Source: Glaucostegus cemiculus
Lineage: Eukaryota
Assembly: GCA_976551045.1 (NCBI GenBank)
Contig: CDPCPM010000241.1
Location: 496,001 to 560,000 of the forward strand
Reading direction: 5' to 3'
Length of the DNA stretch: 64,000 nt
Shown: piece after piece, positions 25,961 through 40,000 of the stretch
Layout of the letters: each line of letters starts with the position of its first letter
Numbering within the stretch: position 1 is the first letter of the stretch
Notes under the pieces: model-generated
The model's database searches: none
What the model was told of the DNA's origin: nothing
Seen by the model: the letters and a program-made list of their open reading frames with translations, nothing else
Translations under genes and position numbers: made by a program

Positions 25961-28900
25961 GGCATTTGTCACTATAGTAACTTACATTTTACTATAGTAA
26001 CATGATCAACAGCTCTGGAAATCAATGAACAGAGTCATCTTCAGGATGTTGGAGTGTGACAGGTTCTTACTGAGTTTAACTTTCCTCTTATTGGATGTAA
26101 AATAGGAAATTATGATGTTAACTTGTGAGAAATTATACAAAGCAGACATTTATGTCCTCTTATCTAATATTTACTTTCCAAACTGCAATAAAATGGCAAC
26201 CGATATTTTTATGATAGATGACATATACTGCTGCAGGAGATGTTGGAATCTATTAAAGTCATATCTTTATTTGTCTTTCAGAAAAAAAATGAGATGAAAG
26301 AATGATGTAAACTATACAAGTACTGTTACTGAGCTGTCAAGCTTCAACGTGCCTCACAGCCCAAGACTGGGCATGATCTTTCGGTACATTTACACTTAAC
26401 CCACAGAAGTAGGCCCAGGAGGTAGGCCACAATGTAGGCCACTATACTGACCCCTGACCTTTCCTTCTTATTCCCTGGCATCTTGTTTGTCTCCTCCGCC
26501 AATACTCACAAACAAGGTTTCACATTCCAGCGGCAACATGTTTCCTGCAAGAGGACACCACGATAGTAAATTCTCTTCAGTAAATCTCTTACCTAGGTTG
26601 CAACTGCACGTCCTTCCCAGGCATGACTGCCTGATATGAACAGCCCATACATATGAACGAGTGCTTAGGAGACCAGAGAGATGGATTTGCCGGCCGCTGC
26701 GGGCTGCAGGCATCTTCTGCCGTGTGGGAACTTGGTTTGCTGCAATATCTGGATGGTTGAGTTGAATGCCCTAGTTTAACTACACGTTGCCCTTGGTTGG
26801 CGCCTATGTTTTTAATTAAATACATTGCCAGGTGGCTACATTTCCGACTTGTAAACTGTTTGAATTATGAACAGTTCTCAGGAAGGGAACCCTGTTAGAA
26901 CTGGGGGAGGACCCATAGTGAACCAGTTGTAAAAATAAAAGGCAGTACTGATCATTAGGGTGGGGGTGGTAAGGCTGCACCAGTTGCCCTGTGGTATCTT
27001 AGCCATATAGTATTGGCATCAGAGTATCACACAAGAAGTGTCATAAGCTACTTCTGTGGCAGGGATGTCACATCTTTGCCTGATTCAACCCTCAATCAAC
27101 AGTCATGAATCGTTTGCTAATGAACAGGAGCAGGAAGCATGGCTGTTCTTCACTCCCACACCATGGGGGTCACCATAGTCAAATGATTCAACTATTTTAC
27201 AAGGGATTTTTTCCATTGTTCAGTTACTTGGGAAATGAATGGTGAGTCACTGACACCGTACCAATGAAATCAACAAGTCAAGCAATGACTGGATCAGACT
27301 AATGACACATCTAGGCTTTTATGTCAAAGGGCTCTTCCGATCAACTAAATGTCTGAGCTATAGGAATAGCAATGTTATTTTTTCAGAATATTTTGGTTCA
27401 GGTTTTTCTTTCTTGTAATATAAAACTGTTACTGCTATATTCTGCTGTGACAGGAGCAAATAGAAGCTCTTGCCAGACACTTTCTCTGACTAGGACCTTC
27501 ACTTGTGCCTGCATGCAATTAACATTCTCATCAAATTATAAAATTATAGCAGCTGAAAATATTTGTAATTTCTTTTCATTCAGCAATCTATTGAATCTGT
27601 TAAAGCAATGGCTTTTAAAAGGTGGGCATGTATATAACTGGAATTCCAATGAACTTTGCTCTATAAATGAGTCAACCTACCACTCACCACCCTCAATAAT
27701 TAACTGTACTTTTACACCTTTCACATGCTACAAAATACTTTTCTGCATGCACCAATGTACTCTAGTTTTTACACTTCATTGTCCTGCCTCTGTGCCATGG
27801 ACAGTTTTGTTAGGTATTTATGTGAAGAGAAATAAAATGATGATTAGGATTAGTGAGAACACTTTTTATTGCAAGTAAGAATCCTGTTCCGTATAAAGCA
27901 TTTGCTTCTAGTGATATTTTTCATGTAGGTCACAAATAAACTGATCAAAGTTAAACAAAACATTGATTACACTTTACTCTGAAATTACTCATAATTCCTA
28001 CATGCTTAGAGAGTATCTTATCTGTGGTGTAGTTGTAAAGTACATTCCGTGTAGTCCTAAAGACCATCAGATCCTGCTGATCTCAGGCAATAGATGGTTT
28101 TGGTAGCCTTGGCAGAGACTGCTTATAAATAGTTGTAGACTTTTAAGAAGGTCAGAGAATGGATATACAGTGATGTTGTTGGAAAAATATGAAGTAGGGT
28201 AACTTTGTAGCATTATGTAAGAAGAAGAAGAGGAAGAAAAGAAAAAAAGCAATTTAGTAGGCTGAGCCGAAACATTCTCATTGTAATCTACAGCAAAGCA
28301 TCACTGAGTTTATCAGATGGTGTCTTTGACTATTTCCATTAACTCTGACTAAATTTGTAATTGTTTGATTCTTACATCTGGAACTTTTATATACTATGAA
28401 AACAGATCCACAAAAGATTATTGATCTGAAATATTCACTCTGTTTCTCTCTCTCCATGGATGCTGCTTGACCACTGAGTATTTTCTATTTTCATTTCAGA
28501 TTTCCAGAGACTGCAGCTTTTTTTTTCTTTTCCTGGTCATGCTCATTCCTGGCACACAAGGACTACAGATTTTGTCCATTACTGCATAACTCTTTTAACA
28601 ATAACCGTTTACTGTGTTAGCACATAGCCATCTCATAATTCAAGGTCCATTCCCAAACAGCATCAAAAAATTCACTGAGAATTCATGTATTCCATTGCCA
28701 TATATTTGGTGGGGGTTTGGCAGAAACTTCATTTATGTAAGTGAGATTTCCATCATCAACTTCAGCACTAAAATGGGAGAACCACCAAGGAAATTCCCAG
28801 TGTATATATTCATTTTTCCCTTGGATGATTTGATACTTCATGATATGATTTTGCTGGACTCTCTTCCATTGCTCTATGGAAAAAAAATACCAATTTCTCA

Positions 28901-31228
28901 TCTCAGGAGGGATTTGTTAATTTTTTTAACCAATGGCCACTTATTAGTACAAGCCAAACTGGATGCATGACAGTGTTTTTGCACAGTCACTGGAAGCAAT
29001 GGAGTGATTTCATGTTCCAGTATCAACAACCCCTCCCCCCCCACCCCTTGTGGGAAAATCAGTGAATCAACCTGTAAGCACTCTGAAATTAATCTCCTTT
29101 ATTTATATGTCATCTAGTTTTTCAACATTACAGTTTACAAACTTCAATACTTGTCAATCAGGATTGTTGCCTCAGACCTTTTAGATCTCATTGAGACAAT
29201 AAAATCACAACAACAAAAGCCCATAAGTGTACTTTGGGGTGTTTTGAAGGTAGGAGCCCATTGTCTTGATTTCTTTGGTAAATATCACAATTCACAAGTA
29301 ACAGTGTACTTGAAATGGTCAACATTGAAGCAGTGAGACCACCAATTTATAACATTTGGCAACTATGTAACTTTTCTTGAAGAGGCAGTCCTTCACTTCA
29401 TCAACTGTAAGAATTTGGCATTTACACCTCAACTTCCTACTGTGGTGTTTACTTATAATCTTGAAGCACTTTTCCCTCATTTGTTTTATCTTTTATGGCT
29501 CAATTTTCATGCTAGCACATGCTTCACTTTGCTGACTAACTTTTTCTCCAAATGCTAGCTCAGTCTTGAATTTAAGCCAACAGATTGTGGTGTTTTGTTT
29601 TCCGTGTATGCATAAAGACACTTTTTTTTATTTTTATAAAGTGTGAATACATACACAAATTACCCTCCCTGCTTTGTGAAGCCTGAGAATGTATCACTGT
29701 TCTTTCACTCTCACTGGGTGAGTATTCTGAAATTTCTCACTTACACCATACTGGGTCCACTATCAAGACAGAACTGTAGTTTTAAGGACAGTGCTCTCCA
29801 ACATCACCCCATAGCAATTGTGATGTACAATAAATGTGGTCTTATTAGTGGTATTCATTTTCCAGAATGAAGTAAAACCATACCATTAAGAATTGCAGTT
29901 CCCAGAGAGACACATGGAACCATAATTATTTAATGATACCAATGATGATAATGGTAAAGTTTAATCCTTTAAAAGGCTACAAATTTTTCCTGTATTCCTC
30001 AATGGTCTCATTACGTTTATTGTCCTTATTTTATCCCTGTTTCATTTCCTATGGACACCCAGCCAAACCACATTAAATTCTTAGCTTCCATAGCCAGAAC
30101 AAATTTTTGTGGGTTATTTTGTTATCCCATCTGGCACAGTCACAGAAAGCTTAACTCTGAGCATAATGCTGTCTTCATTCTATTTTCCCACAGTTTTATA
30201 TGTGTTATTCAAGCTTAATCATTTGTCTCAGTCACCCTTGCTCCTTTTACCTGGTGATGGCAATTTTGAACAACGTGATACCTTGCCCAAGCCACACACG
30301 GTGTAAAAATAACAGAATCCTGCAGAAAACAGAACAGCCACTTTATAAATTAATTATGAGGACTTGAAATATACAACCACAAACAAAAGTTCACGTGACC
30401 CATGTATAAATCCTGATTACAGCTGACAGATAACATGTTGAATTATTATTCTACAAACTGCATTTAAGTAGTTTCCTATTCTTAGACTGCTTGAACCACT
30501 CATTCACAAAACTTAAATTTGTTTTCTTGCATATCATCTATACAAGGAAAAGATAAACAGAATGAGTCCAAATGGTGCTTTGAAAGAAAGAAACCAAGAA
30601 TTAGCATTTGGAGACACAAGAGAGTGAGTTACTGACCTTACAAAGTATGGCATATTATTGTTGACAGTAGAAATAAAAGGACAAATGGGATTTGATTTGA
30701 TCTGCTGCCTTGACTCCCCTATCTCCATGCACTTCCTATATACATAATAAGCTGGAACAACTGGATGTATGGGTCCAATCCCAGAGTTGGATGGTGAGGC
30801 CTAGCACATCCTCAGCAGGAGTAAGCCTCACCTGTTGTATTACAGAGGGCTCGCTGTGGATATCCTGATGTTCATTGCTGTCTACAGTTTTGAAGAGTTT
30901 GTAAGTACCTCCGATTGTCCAATACTTTTTACAAACTGAACAAATAGATATGTTCTTTAAAATTATTTAAATTTAAAGAAAATAAAAATACTGACAAATA
31001 ATAAAAACTTTAAATAAAATAACTTAAGCACATAACTGTATTTGCCTTTCTTCACAGGCTTTCTCACTTAAATCAGATTGCTCCCTGAAGTAATGCCAAG
31101 GGATCAGATGCAAAGTGCATCAACTCCTTCACTTCTCTGTCATTGGAGTCACTGGTGGAGCAGGTGGAAACTGGTAGCCCAGTGCGATCAGTGATGATAA
31201 TATTGCCACAAGTCTCATCAGTGAATAT

Positions 31229-32026
31229 TGTTATGAAGTAGCTTACTACTGGTGAATGTCCCTTTGGGGTGTGTGTGTGTGTGTGTGTGTGTGTGCATAG
31301 AACGTGCTACGTCAGCAGAAGATAAGAAGAACATGATGAGATCATTAAGAGAGAGAAGAGAGGCACAGCAGCCTGTTTTGTTTCTGTCGATGGATGAAAG
31401 ACAGTAACTGTATTTGTCACTACAATCCACGGATGGATTTCTGGAGTAGGCCAGTGGAGTCCACTTTGTCGGTAACCTGTAGAAGGAAACAGGTGTTTGT
31501 GTGGATGACCACATTTTGGATGCTTTTCAGAGTGACAGATACCGTGGAACAAAGTGATGGAATTCGCTTTGCTGTTAACCTGTTAGAAGAACACAGGTAT
31601 TTGCATAGACAGTCACGATCCAGGAGTTTGCGGGGTGAGAAAGCCACTACCGAGTAAACACTGAAGTGTCGTTTGGGTTCTAAGTGGAACATTCGGATTT
31701 CATGATTCCTCTCTAAAACTCTCTCTATATCTATGTTTTGTCTTTGGTGGACGGTGCTTGTGAAGAAGCCTTTACTCGTGTTTCATCTTACGGCTTACTG
31801 AACTGAACTTTAAGAACCATTCCTGGACTTGGAGTTTAGGAATTTGCCACACCACACACACACGATGAGTAGTTATTGGGGTTACTGTTTAAGATTCTAA
31901 TATTTTTTTGTACTAACATACTAACTTTTTTTAAATTTTATGTATTATTGGAAGTAGTTATTAATAAAGTAGTTTTAACACTGAATTATGACTTGGTGTG
32001 TTTCTTTTGTTGCTGGGTTCGTAACA
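31229..32026 (+). mobile_element. Solo LTR (798 bp), Gypsy-like
   Basis: Termini TGTTATGAA...TTCGTAACA (inverted, 8/9 match, TG..CA); flanks ATAT and AAAT (a 4-bp TSD with 1 mismatch); AATAAA at 31963; no internal coding sequence. Confidence 0.75.
31269..31295. repeat. (GT)13 microsatellite inside the solo LTR
   Basis: Read directly from the sequence. Confidence 0.95.
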
Positions 32027-32519
32027 AAATGCTTCTGAAGTTGGAACCCTATTGGTTAATAGACATGGGAAGCCTTTAGCTGCACCACTTCCAGTGCAAC
32101 TCCCTGGCACTTTTCATGTGCAACCTGGAGATGCTTTCATGGATCTTGCATGAAACTGTTGTATACTGATCTTATCAAGGACTTGCAGTACTAATAACAG
32201 CCCGCTGGGTACAGTTCTTCAGATTGACTTTGAAGCAGTTGTACTTCATCCAGGGAATCGTGAAGTTTAGTCCTCTACCCCAGTGGGCTGTGGGGATTCA
32301 GTTGCTGAGTTAAGACAGAGATTGATACATTGCCAGATATTTAGGGAATTGGGGGATAAAGGGGTGGTTTAGGGAAACAGCACAGAGGCCATGATCTACA
32401 GGATTTGAGTAGTGACAGGGGAATTCTGCAGATGTTCAGCATTAACACTGACTCTCTAAATCAATATACATAGCATTGAAAGATGGCACAGTTCCCCTGA
32501 AGTTGCTAACATCAAGGAT

Positions 32520-33135
32520 CAGAGCAGGAGAAAGCCATTTGGCCTCATACATCTCCACCATTCAATAAGAACAAAGCTGATCTTTTAAATCAGCACCATT
32601 TTCTTGCAGTGAGCCCATATCCTTTAATTCTCTTATTGCCCTCTGACCGCTGTCCTGAATATGCTCAGTGACTGAGCTCCACACTGTTTGGGTAGACAAC
32701 TCCAAAATTACACCTCCATTTTGGTGAAGGTATTTCTTCTCATTTCAGTCCTGAATGGCCTGCCACTTACATTGTGACAGTGATGCCTGATTTTCAATAT
32801 CTCAGCCAGGGGAAACTCCTCATCTGTTCTATCAAACCCTTTAGGAACTTTGTACATTTCAATGAAATCACCTTTCATGTTTCTGAACTCAATAATTTAG
32901 GCCCAGTCTACTTAATCTCTCTTTGTTTGATAAACCATCATCCCAGGAACTAACCTAATTAACTTTTGCTGCATTCTGTCGATTGCAAAAATACCTGCCC
33001 TTCGGTAGGGAGACCACATGTGTACACAATATTCCACCTGTGGTCTCACCAAGTCTATGTAACTGGAGCAAGACTTGTACTCAAATCTTCTTGCAATAAC
33101 AGCCAATATACCATTTTTTCCATATATTTTTTGCT
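32520..33135 (-). mobile_element. CR1 LINE 3' fragment
   Basis: Minus ORF NGILAVIARRFEYKS...LVRPQVEYCVHMWSPY...RMQQKLIRLVPGM. Confidence 0.85.
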
Positions 33136-35029
33136 GAGCCTGCATATTAACTCTGAGGAAGTTCTGAGAAAGGGTCTCTGACCCAATATGTTGACTAGTT
33201 TCTCTTTACCACAGGTGCTGCTTGACTGGCTGAGTTCTTTCAACATCTCCGTTTTACTACAGGTTAACTTTCAGGAATTTGTACGCTGGGATACCCAGGC
33301 CCCTCTGAAACCTAATACCATTCAGACTCCTGTCATTTATTTAAAAAATCCCCAATTCTACTTTTTTTCTACCTTTTGCATTTTTGAATCGCTGCTTTAG
33401 ATAGGTGATGGAAGTATTTGCTCAGTCGTTACCCTACTCATTTCTTGTCCTTAGCTTGTGCACAGTCTCTATATTACATGTATCATGAGAAGTCATCTTG
33501 CAGATTTCATGATTCTTCAAATAATGCTGGCAGCATTGACTACCATACAGTGGTATAACGATGAGTTGCCATGATAACAAGCATTTACATAAATAATTTC
33601 ATTGCTATTCTCACAAATCATCCATATATTCATGGAGAGGTAGTCGAATAATGCCTTGAAAATCATGGCAAGTGATCAATACAAAAGTTTTCTCTGATAA
33701 ATTCATTGACCATTGAAAAGAATAATATTATGCCAGTGTGCAAAGCAGATTACCTTGAGCTTTGGAATGGTTTTGCCATGTGAAAGGTCAGTGCAGCTGC
33801 TGACAGAAAGGAATGTGAACAGGTCCTAACTAAATACCAGATCTCTCGTTCCATGTCTATATTTTCCGTCTTTTTGCTCTTCTTGAACCGGCACAGAGTT
33901 GGGTGCAATATCATATCCACAACTCTTAAGAAGATGTACATGGAGTATTAACTGGGAAATAGCACATATTCTGTTCAAACATGGACTCAAGAAATCTCCA
34001 GAACTGCTTATATAACTTAATTTATTTGTCAATAGCAGATAAACAGTGAGTTATACAAAGAAGTGTGGTACCTTTGCAAACAGAGAAACACTTATGGAAG
34101 CAAATGGTTTATGTAGTTTCTTCTTAATTTGGATTTTGTAGCAGAAGAGCACTCCTCAGGAACATGTACAATGGAGGCCTCCCCTCATTTACATGTTAAT
34201 TGGACCTAAATGAGCCTTGTTTGCAAATGTCTCAGGCACATTTAGGGGAGATGATTATGCACCCTGTAAATTTGATGGTTAAGCCTCAGCATCACATAAT
34301 GTAGGGATACCAAACTTGATGATCAACACCATTTGGAAACCAAAGTTAGTATACTGGCCTCATAATGGTCCCTTGTAATCAGAAGAAATTGTAAAGCTTA
34401 TTGATATAAATGTCTTGCAGTTAGTGTAGCATCTCTTCATGTTTATTATCTTGTTTGAATACCAGTTTTTATATTTTCCTCTTGGAAACTATGTTAATGA
34501 AAATCTTTCACAAATCTCTTTTCTAAACTACTACTACAACACTATTATAAAGCATTGCTGGTTGAGTAAAATAATTTCTTTCACATTGTGCACAGTGGGA
34601 AATAAATTAGAAAGTCATTGCTGAACAGCATGAGATGAGTAAACAATTGCCACCACTGCAGAAATCCACCACATAGTGTGAATATCTTTTACTGTTGAGC
34701 AGGGGATCTCCAATATCTACATACAGCTAGCTAAGTGACATGTTTAATTATCAGTTTCAAAGCATTCAACCACAAGTGTTGGAGAGAAGCATACACAGCA
34801 AAAAAACCTGCCTTGCATTCCATTATTCTCGGGGCCAGGTTATTGTTAGATCTCTGCAGGTAGGACTCCCGTGCAAAAAGAAAGATTAAATAAATCACAA
34901 GCTTCTCTCCAGTATCACTTGAACATTCTTTTACGTTTGCAGAATTGACTGATAAAGCTCCTAAAGCTCTGATAAAAAGATGAAGTCTTGCACTGAGATT
35001 TTGATCTCCATAAAGAAGTGACTGAATAC

Positions 35030-35215
35030 TTATTTGCTTGTGTACAGTTGGATAAGCCACATTGTGACTGCTCCCAATTCTTCTGTAAACCATTGCCATG
35101 GGATCTGTTTCATGCCTGCCTGAGAGGGCAGACAGAGCCTCAGTTTAACAAATTCATCCAGAAGTTAACCCCTTCTGACAGGCAACTCCAAAGTATTGTG
35201 CTGATCAATTAAAAC
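35030..35215 (-). mobile_element. Deu-domain SINE core
   Basis: gccatgggatct...cctgagagggcagacagagcctcagtttaac...catccagaag matches the reverse complement of the recalled Deu core. Confidence 0.65.
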
Positions 35216-36459
35216 TTTGAGTTGCTCATCAGAATTGAGAGACTCAGCTTTGCACATTATTTTAATTTAAGTGCAAGTTACGTACAACTTATGTTAATTT
35301 AAGCTTAACTTATATTTGTCCTCATAATGTACAGTTCTGCTGCTACAAAAAGCTAACTTTCATGGCATTTACACCCTATTTATGTATGCCTATGAGAATA
35401 ATAAACCTGACTTGACTTTGCTGTCTCTCCTATCCCCATCATTCTGCCAGTATGAGCTTTGCCTTTGTCATTACAGCAAAGGTTTTTATGGTGACAAGAG
35501 CATCAAGGATGAGGGGCTGGATAAGGAGACCAACCAAATACCGAAGGTCAAATACATAAACTGTCCTTTGGAAAGTGCCATCCCAAGCCTGTCCACACTT
35601 CTTCCTTGAAATTGCTTGCCTTTTCCAGCTCTCCGTCCAAATTTTTGTATGTAAATTATGCCTGCTTGCCTGCTCAGATATTCTATGCTTGAGTTTTACA
35701 GTCCTGCTTTTCCGCAAGGCTGCATGATATCCATTCTCACATGGCCTCGCATTCAGCCACTGCCATCCCAAGAAGGTATCCAGGCCAAATACTTCCCCAG
35801 TGAGCTGGTCAACATACTGAACTTTTCCAGCCTTTACTGTTACTGTTCACAGATGTCTAGCCTCCCCAGTATTTTGCTTTTATATATAAATATCTATATT
35901 GATTACTCTTCACAAAATAGATTTCAAAGCCGCAAAGGTATAATCTCCTCCTGTTCATATTTTACAATCTCGATAATCCATTTTCTTCCCCAGACCACAA
36001 GCCAATTCACAAAATCTTGCTACAGCAATTAGCTTTTAATTATGCTTGTTCCAACCAAGGCTACACAGGAAGTGTTTGAGAAATGGCCTTAAAGAGGCAG
36101 GCCATCTTAATATTTGAATATCACAAGAAACCTCAAAATTCTAGATTTCTATGAATATCTGACTAACAATAAAATGTATTCTTGAATGTATGTGTTATGT
36201 ATAATTTTAAACATAAATCATTTAGAAAATTATTCCAGTGCACTATATGATAGAAGGCTTCACTTGTGATTATTTTATTCTGGGGCAAGCCTCAGAGAGA
36301 GATGGGATCAGAGAAAGTCCAATGGACGGTTAAAGAGAACAGCCTGTTCATTTCAAATTCAACCCATAAGACTCATGATGAAAGAATAATAATAGTTTTG
36401 ATGTAGAACTGATATTGCTAATAAACAATGAACATGCCAGAATCACTTTAAATGCCTCA

Positions 36460-37085
36460 AGGCTGTGGATGGAATATTTCCATCCCACTTGTGTGGGTTG
36501 TGATGTGACTGTTGAGCCAATGTTGGACTTGCATGATTGGAGCAGGAGATGTTTTAATGATGGTTCGGGAGGTGGTGTGCTCCTTTCACCCTTTATATTG
36601 GACTTCTTCTTGCTACTGATGAAGGGACTCGAGGATCTCTGTGCCACCTGAGATTCTCCCTCTCCAGTCCAAGTGGTACTGGCTCAGAGTTCCCGACAGT
36701 CAAGGGAAGTGCTACACTTTCTGAAGGAGGCTTTGAAAATATCCTTGAATGTTTCCACTCCCTGTCCACCTCGCAAGCTTGTGCATGATGGGGCTTGGAA
36801 TAACGTGTCTGTTTTGGGAGTCTGGCGCTCCCAAAACAAAGTAGCCTGTTTAATGGATTGAATGGGCGATATTATGGCTCCCCATTAGGGATACTGGCCA
36901 AGGAGAGGATGCTGAAGGTTCAATTATCCTGCAAGTGGATTTGGATGATTTGGCAGAGGCAGCATTGGTGGTACCTCTCCAGTACTCTGAGGTACCTGCT
37001 GAATGCGCTGTCTGCCTGATAGGCCTAGAAGAAGGAGGGGTTCACCATGGTCGGGTAGACCATAGCTTTGTGCAGGGTTTGAGGC
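36460..37085 (-). mobile_element. RTE-clade LINE 3' fragment
   Basis: Minus-strand translation ARLPKQTRYSK; homologous to 4580-5110. Confidence 0.7.
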
Positions 37086-40000
37086 AAATGGTATGAAGCA
37101 GCTTGTCAGTCAGACTGTCTGGGGGCTGTGTTCCATTGTACAACACTGAGAGGCAGTACTTGCATTTCAACTTGAAATAATTGTTTCAATGAAGAATCGG
37201 AAAAGAAATACTGAGACAGGAATTCTGCGTCTGCTACAACATAACAAGTGCCACAGGGAATACTTTGAAGTACGATTATTTACTGGAATACTCCGAAAGA
37301 TAAAAAAAAATCCTTTCCCACAATAAGTTACTTACAGCTTCCTGATATATTCGATACCATTGTGAAATTGGTAATAAAAATACTGCTCCATCTCGATAAT
37401 TTTCACGGCAAAGCACCTTATAGCGTCAATCCGTGCATTCTTCTGTGAACAGTGACCGTGTCGCCAAGAATTTCAACAGCAATATTATCCAAGCTGTACA
37501 GTCCTTACACGGCGCAGTACTAATTTAATGCACATTTCAACAAAGATTGTGTGAAGGATCAACATGTGAACGCACAACATAGTAAAACGGCTTTGCAACC
37601 GATTCACTGGTGACGGAAGTGCAATAATATGAATGTTCCAGTTTGGGAGAATGTTACAGGCTTGGAACCCCCACAAGCTTGATTCAAGGACGGCTTTATT
37701 TCCAAAGTGTTCGTTTCAAATTGAAAAGAGCAATTTTTGAAATAATTATTCAGATTTAAATGTGGTTCTGAAATCTCAAAGGATCAGTGTTAACATGAAA
37801 AGTATTAAATTAATTCAATGTATCTTATAGCTTACAAAAGCGCTGCGACCAGTTAAGAATATATTTATATATAACACATTTATACAGCTACCAATACTTA
37901 CAGCAAGTCAATAAACCCTAGTGTTATTATCCTGAAACGGCACAAGCAGACAAGGTGCGGTCTGGATGTTTTTGAGGGCGTCCGGTAAGGTTGGGTGGGC
38001 CACGGCTATTTTAACGCGTGATGTTGCATTGCGAAATTATTGTTTCCAGTCTGATTCTCGTCATTTTGTTAATTGGTGGTCCGTATCTTTGGGAGCCTCG
38101 GGGAAAAAAAGTCACCTGTGAAATTAATTCCATTTCAGACATCTAATGCCTGTTTGCCATTATGCACATGATTCGAGTTAGACCACCTCACAGGGACGCC
38201 ATGCTGCATCAGTAAAGGCGAAATACTTCGAGTCGGGATTGTTTATCTTAGTCTGTTTCTCCCACGGCATGGAATCCGCTCTGCCTGACTTTGACTTTTG
38301 TAACTGCACCTTTCCTATATTTTTCTTGCGTGAGGTGCAGTGAGTTCTAAATACCCGGCGTGATTCTGCTCGGCGTAAATGCTAACCATCACAAAATTAA
38401 AGCGTTAATGCTGGGAAACGTGATCGTTCCCAATAAACACCAATTTAATTCGTCTATTTGGTTTTGTTTTGAATGGCATTAACGAGAAAGCATTCTGTAA
38501 CCATATATAGCTGCAGTCAGATTGTACATACCGAGGGAAAATGCCTAAATTTCGAAAATTATCCGTCTGATATCATCCGTTAGATGGTGAAAAAAATCGA
38601 ATATGCATAAACAGCTTTTCCTTGAAAATAATGTATACTGAAAATAAGTCAGCATGAACTAACATTCAGGGGAATGCCTTTTGCATCACGCGCCATGTTG
38701 CAGTTATCTATCTGTTAATGTGCTGACAGGTTTATTAATTTGATGTAAATATAGAAGGGTAACACCAAAGAAACTACATTTATTGCACTAGTACTTATCT
38801 TTTATAATATCTTGGTTATTAAGGGAAATGTGGGAACTACTTCAGTACTATCCCACGTAATGTGCATGAAACATCTCTGTGTTGAACTAATATTACTCTT
38901 ATTGATCAGTGCTTGAGTCTGTTAACTGAAGTCTGAAATTCGGAATATTTGTTCATCGAAGAATGCCATTAATACAGATGCGAGAGTCTCTGCAAAACGA
39001 CATTTTCGGAATCAATACGAATGTGACAGAAATCATTACTGCTGGAATTAAAACACACGCAGAGTGAAAGGTGACTTTTAAGGATACATAAACGACGAGA
39101 ACTCTATAACTGTGGGCTCTGTTGACCCTGCCTGCCTTCGCTCACTGAATGACTAATATAGCTCTCCATTTGAATGGACTCCGTTGTGAACGCGTGCCGA
39201 GCTCAGTAAACGTCCCTGCAAATAGCATCCAGAATGACAATTCCCTTGCTTGCAAACTGGCAAGATAAAGGCTAAATATGCTGATTTAGAGCTTCAAGAC
39301 ACATTGAAGTTGATTGATTACAATGGATGTGACCAAGCAAAGCACGGCCGTTCGTTCAACACACCGCTATCACCTCTCCCAATACGATTTTTTTTAATTT
39401 TTGACAAATACTACATTAAAGTTCTTGGTATTCCTTTTTAACCAATTGCGGCTGGATGGACAATAGCCCTTTCGTTTTAACGAAATTTACACATTTTGAA
39501 AGCGACTAACACAACAATTTTCCTAAACAGCTTTTCTATAAATCGATGGCTGAACATTTCTAATTCGTTAATTTTGTATTTATGAAAATGAGCTAATGTC
39601 CATAGGCTAGTTATAAAAACCTTGAAACTTTACATTCACATATGGCTTTTTACGTGACCTGGTGTATTTCATTTAATATGTGTGGAAATCTTAAATCATG
39701 TTCCCCTTCATGTCCGTCTTCTGATCCAGTTGGCATAGTCGTTAATATCACGAGGAAATTGGTGCCACGCATATCTTTATTGACATGCGCCGGGCAAGTG
39801 AGTAGTGGGAATGGTGTTTCTGAAACGAGTAGGATTTATTGCTCGGAGCTCGCTTGGTCACCCATTGCCGGAATGCTGGCCTCTCGGGTTTCAGCAGCGT
39901 GAAACAGTAGATGGCGCATTTCTTAATTGCGAGAACATTTCTCGACTTTCCGTCTCCGAAATGTGTTGCTTGTGCTGACAGTGCACACCAGCCCGCCCCA

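Noticed and set aside
25971-26001. Direct repeat actatagtaac x2, and agccagagactc x2 at ~54803-54849
   Set aside because: Only two short copies each; these are slippage-type duplications, not a CRISPR-like or other array.
27372-27878. 168-aa ORF, and the many other 60-160 aa ORFs
   Set aside because: No recognisable domain, composition typical of random AT-rich DNA, and no consistent exon structure.
33745-34032. Possible minus-strand exon with donor AAG|GTAATC
   Set aside because: No recognisable peptide and no supportable acceptor; donor-like sites are frequent by chance.
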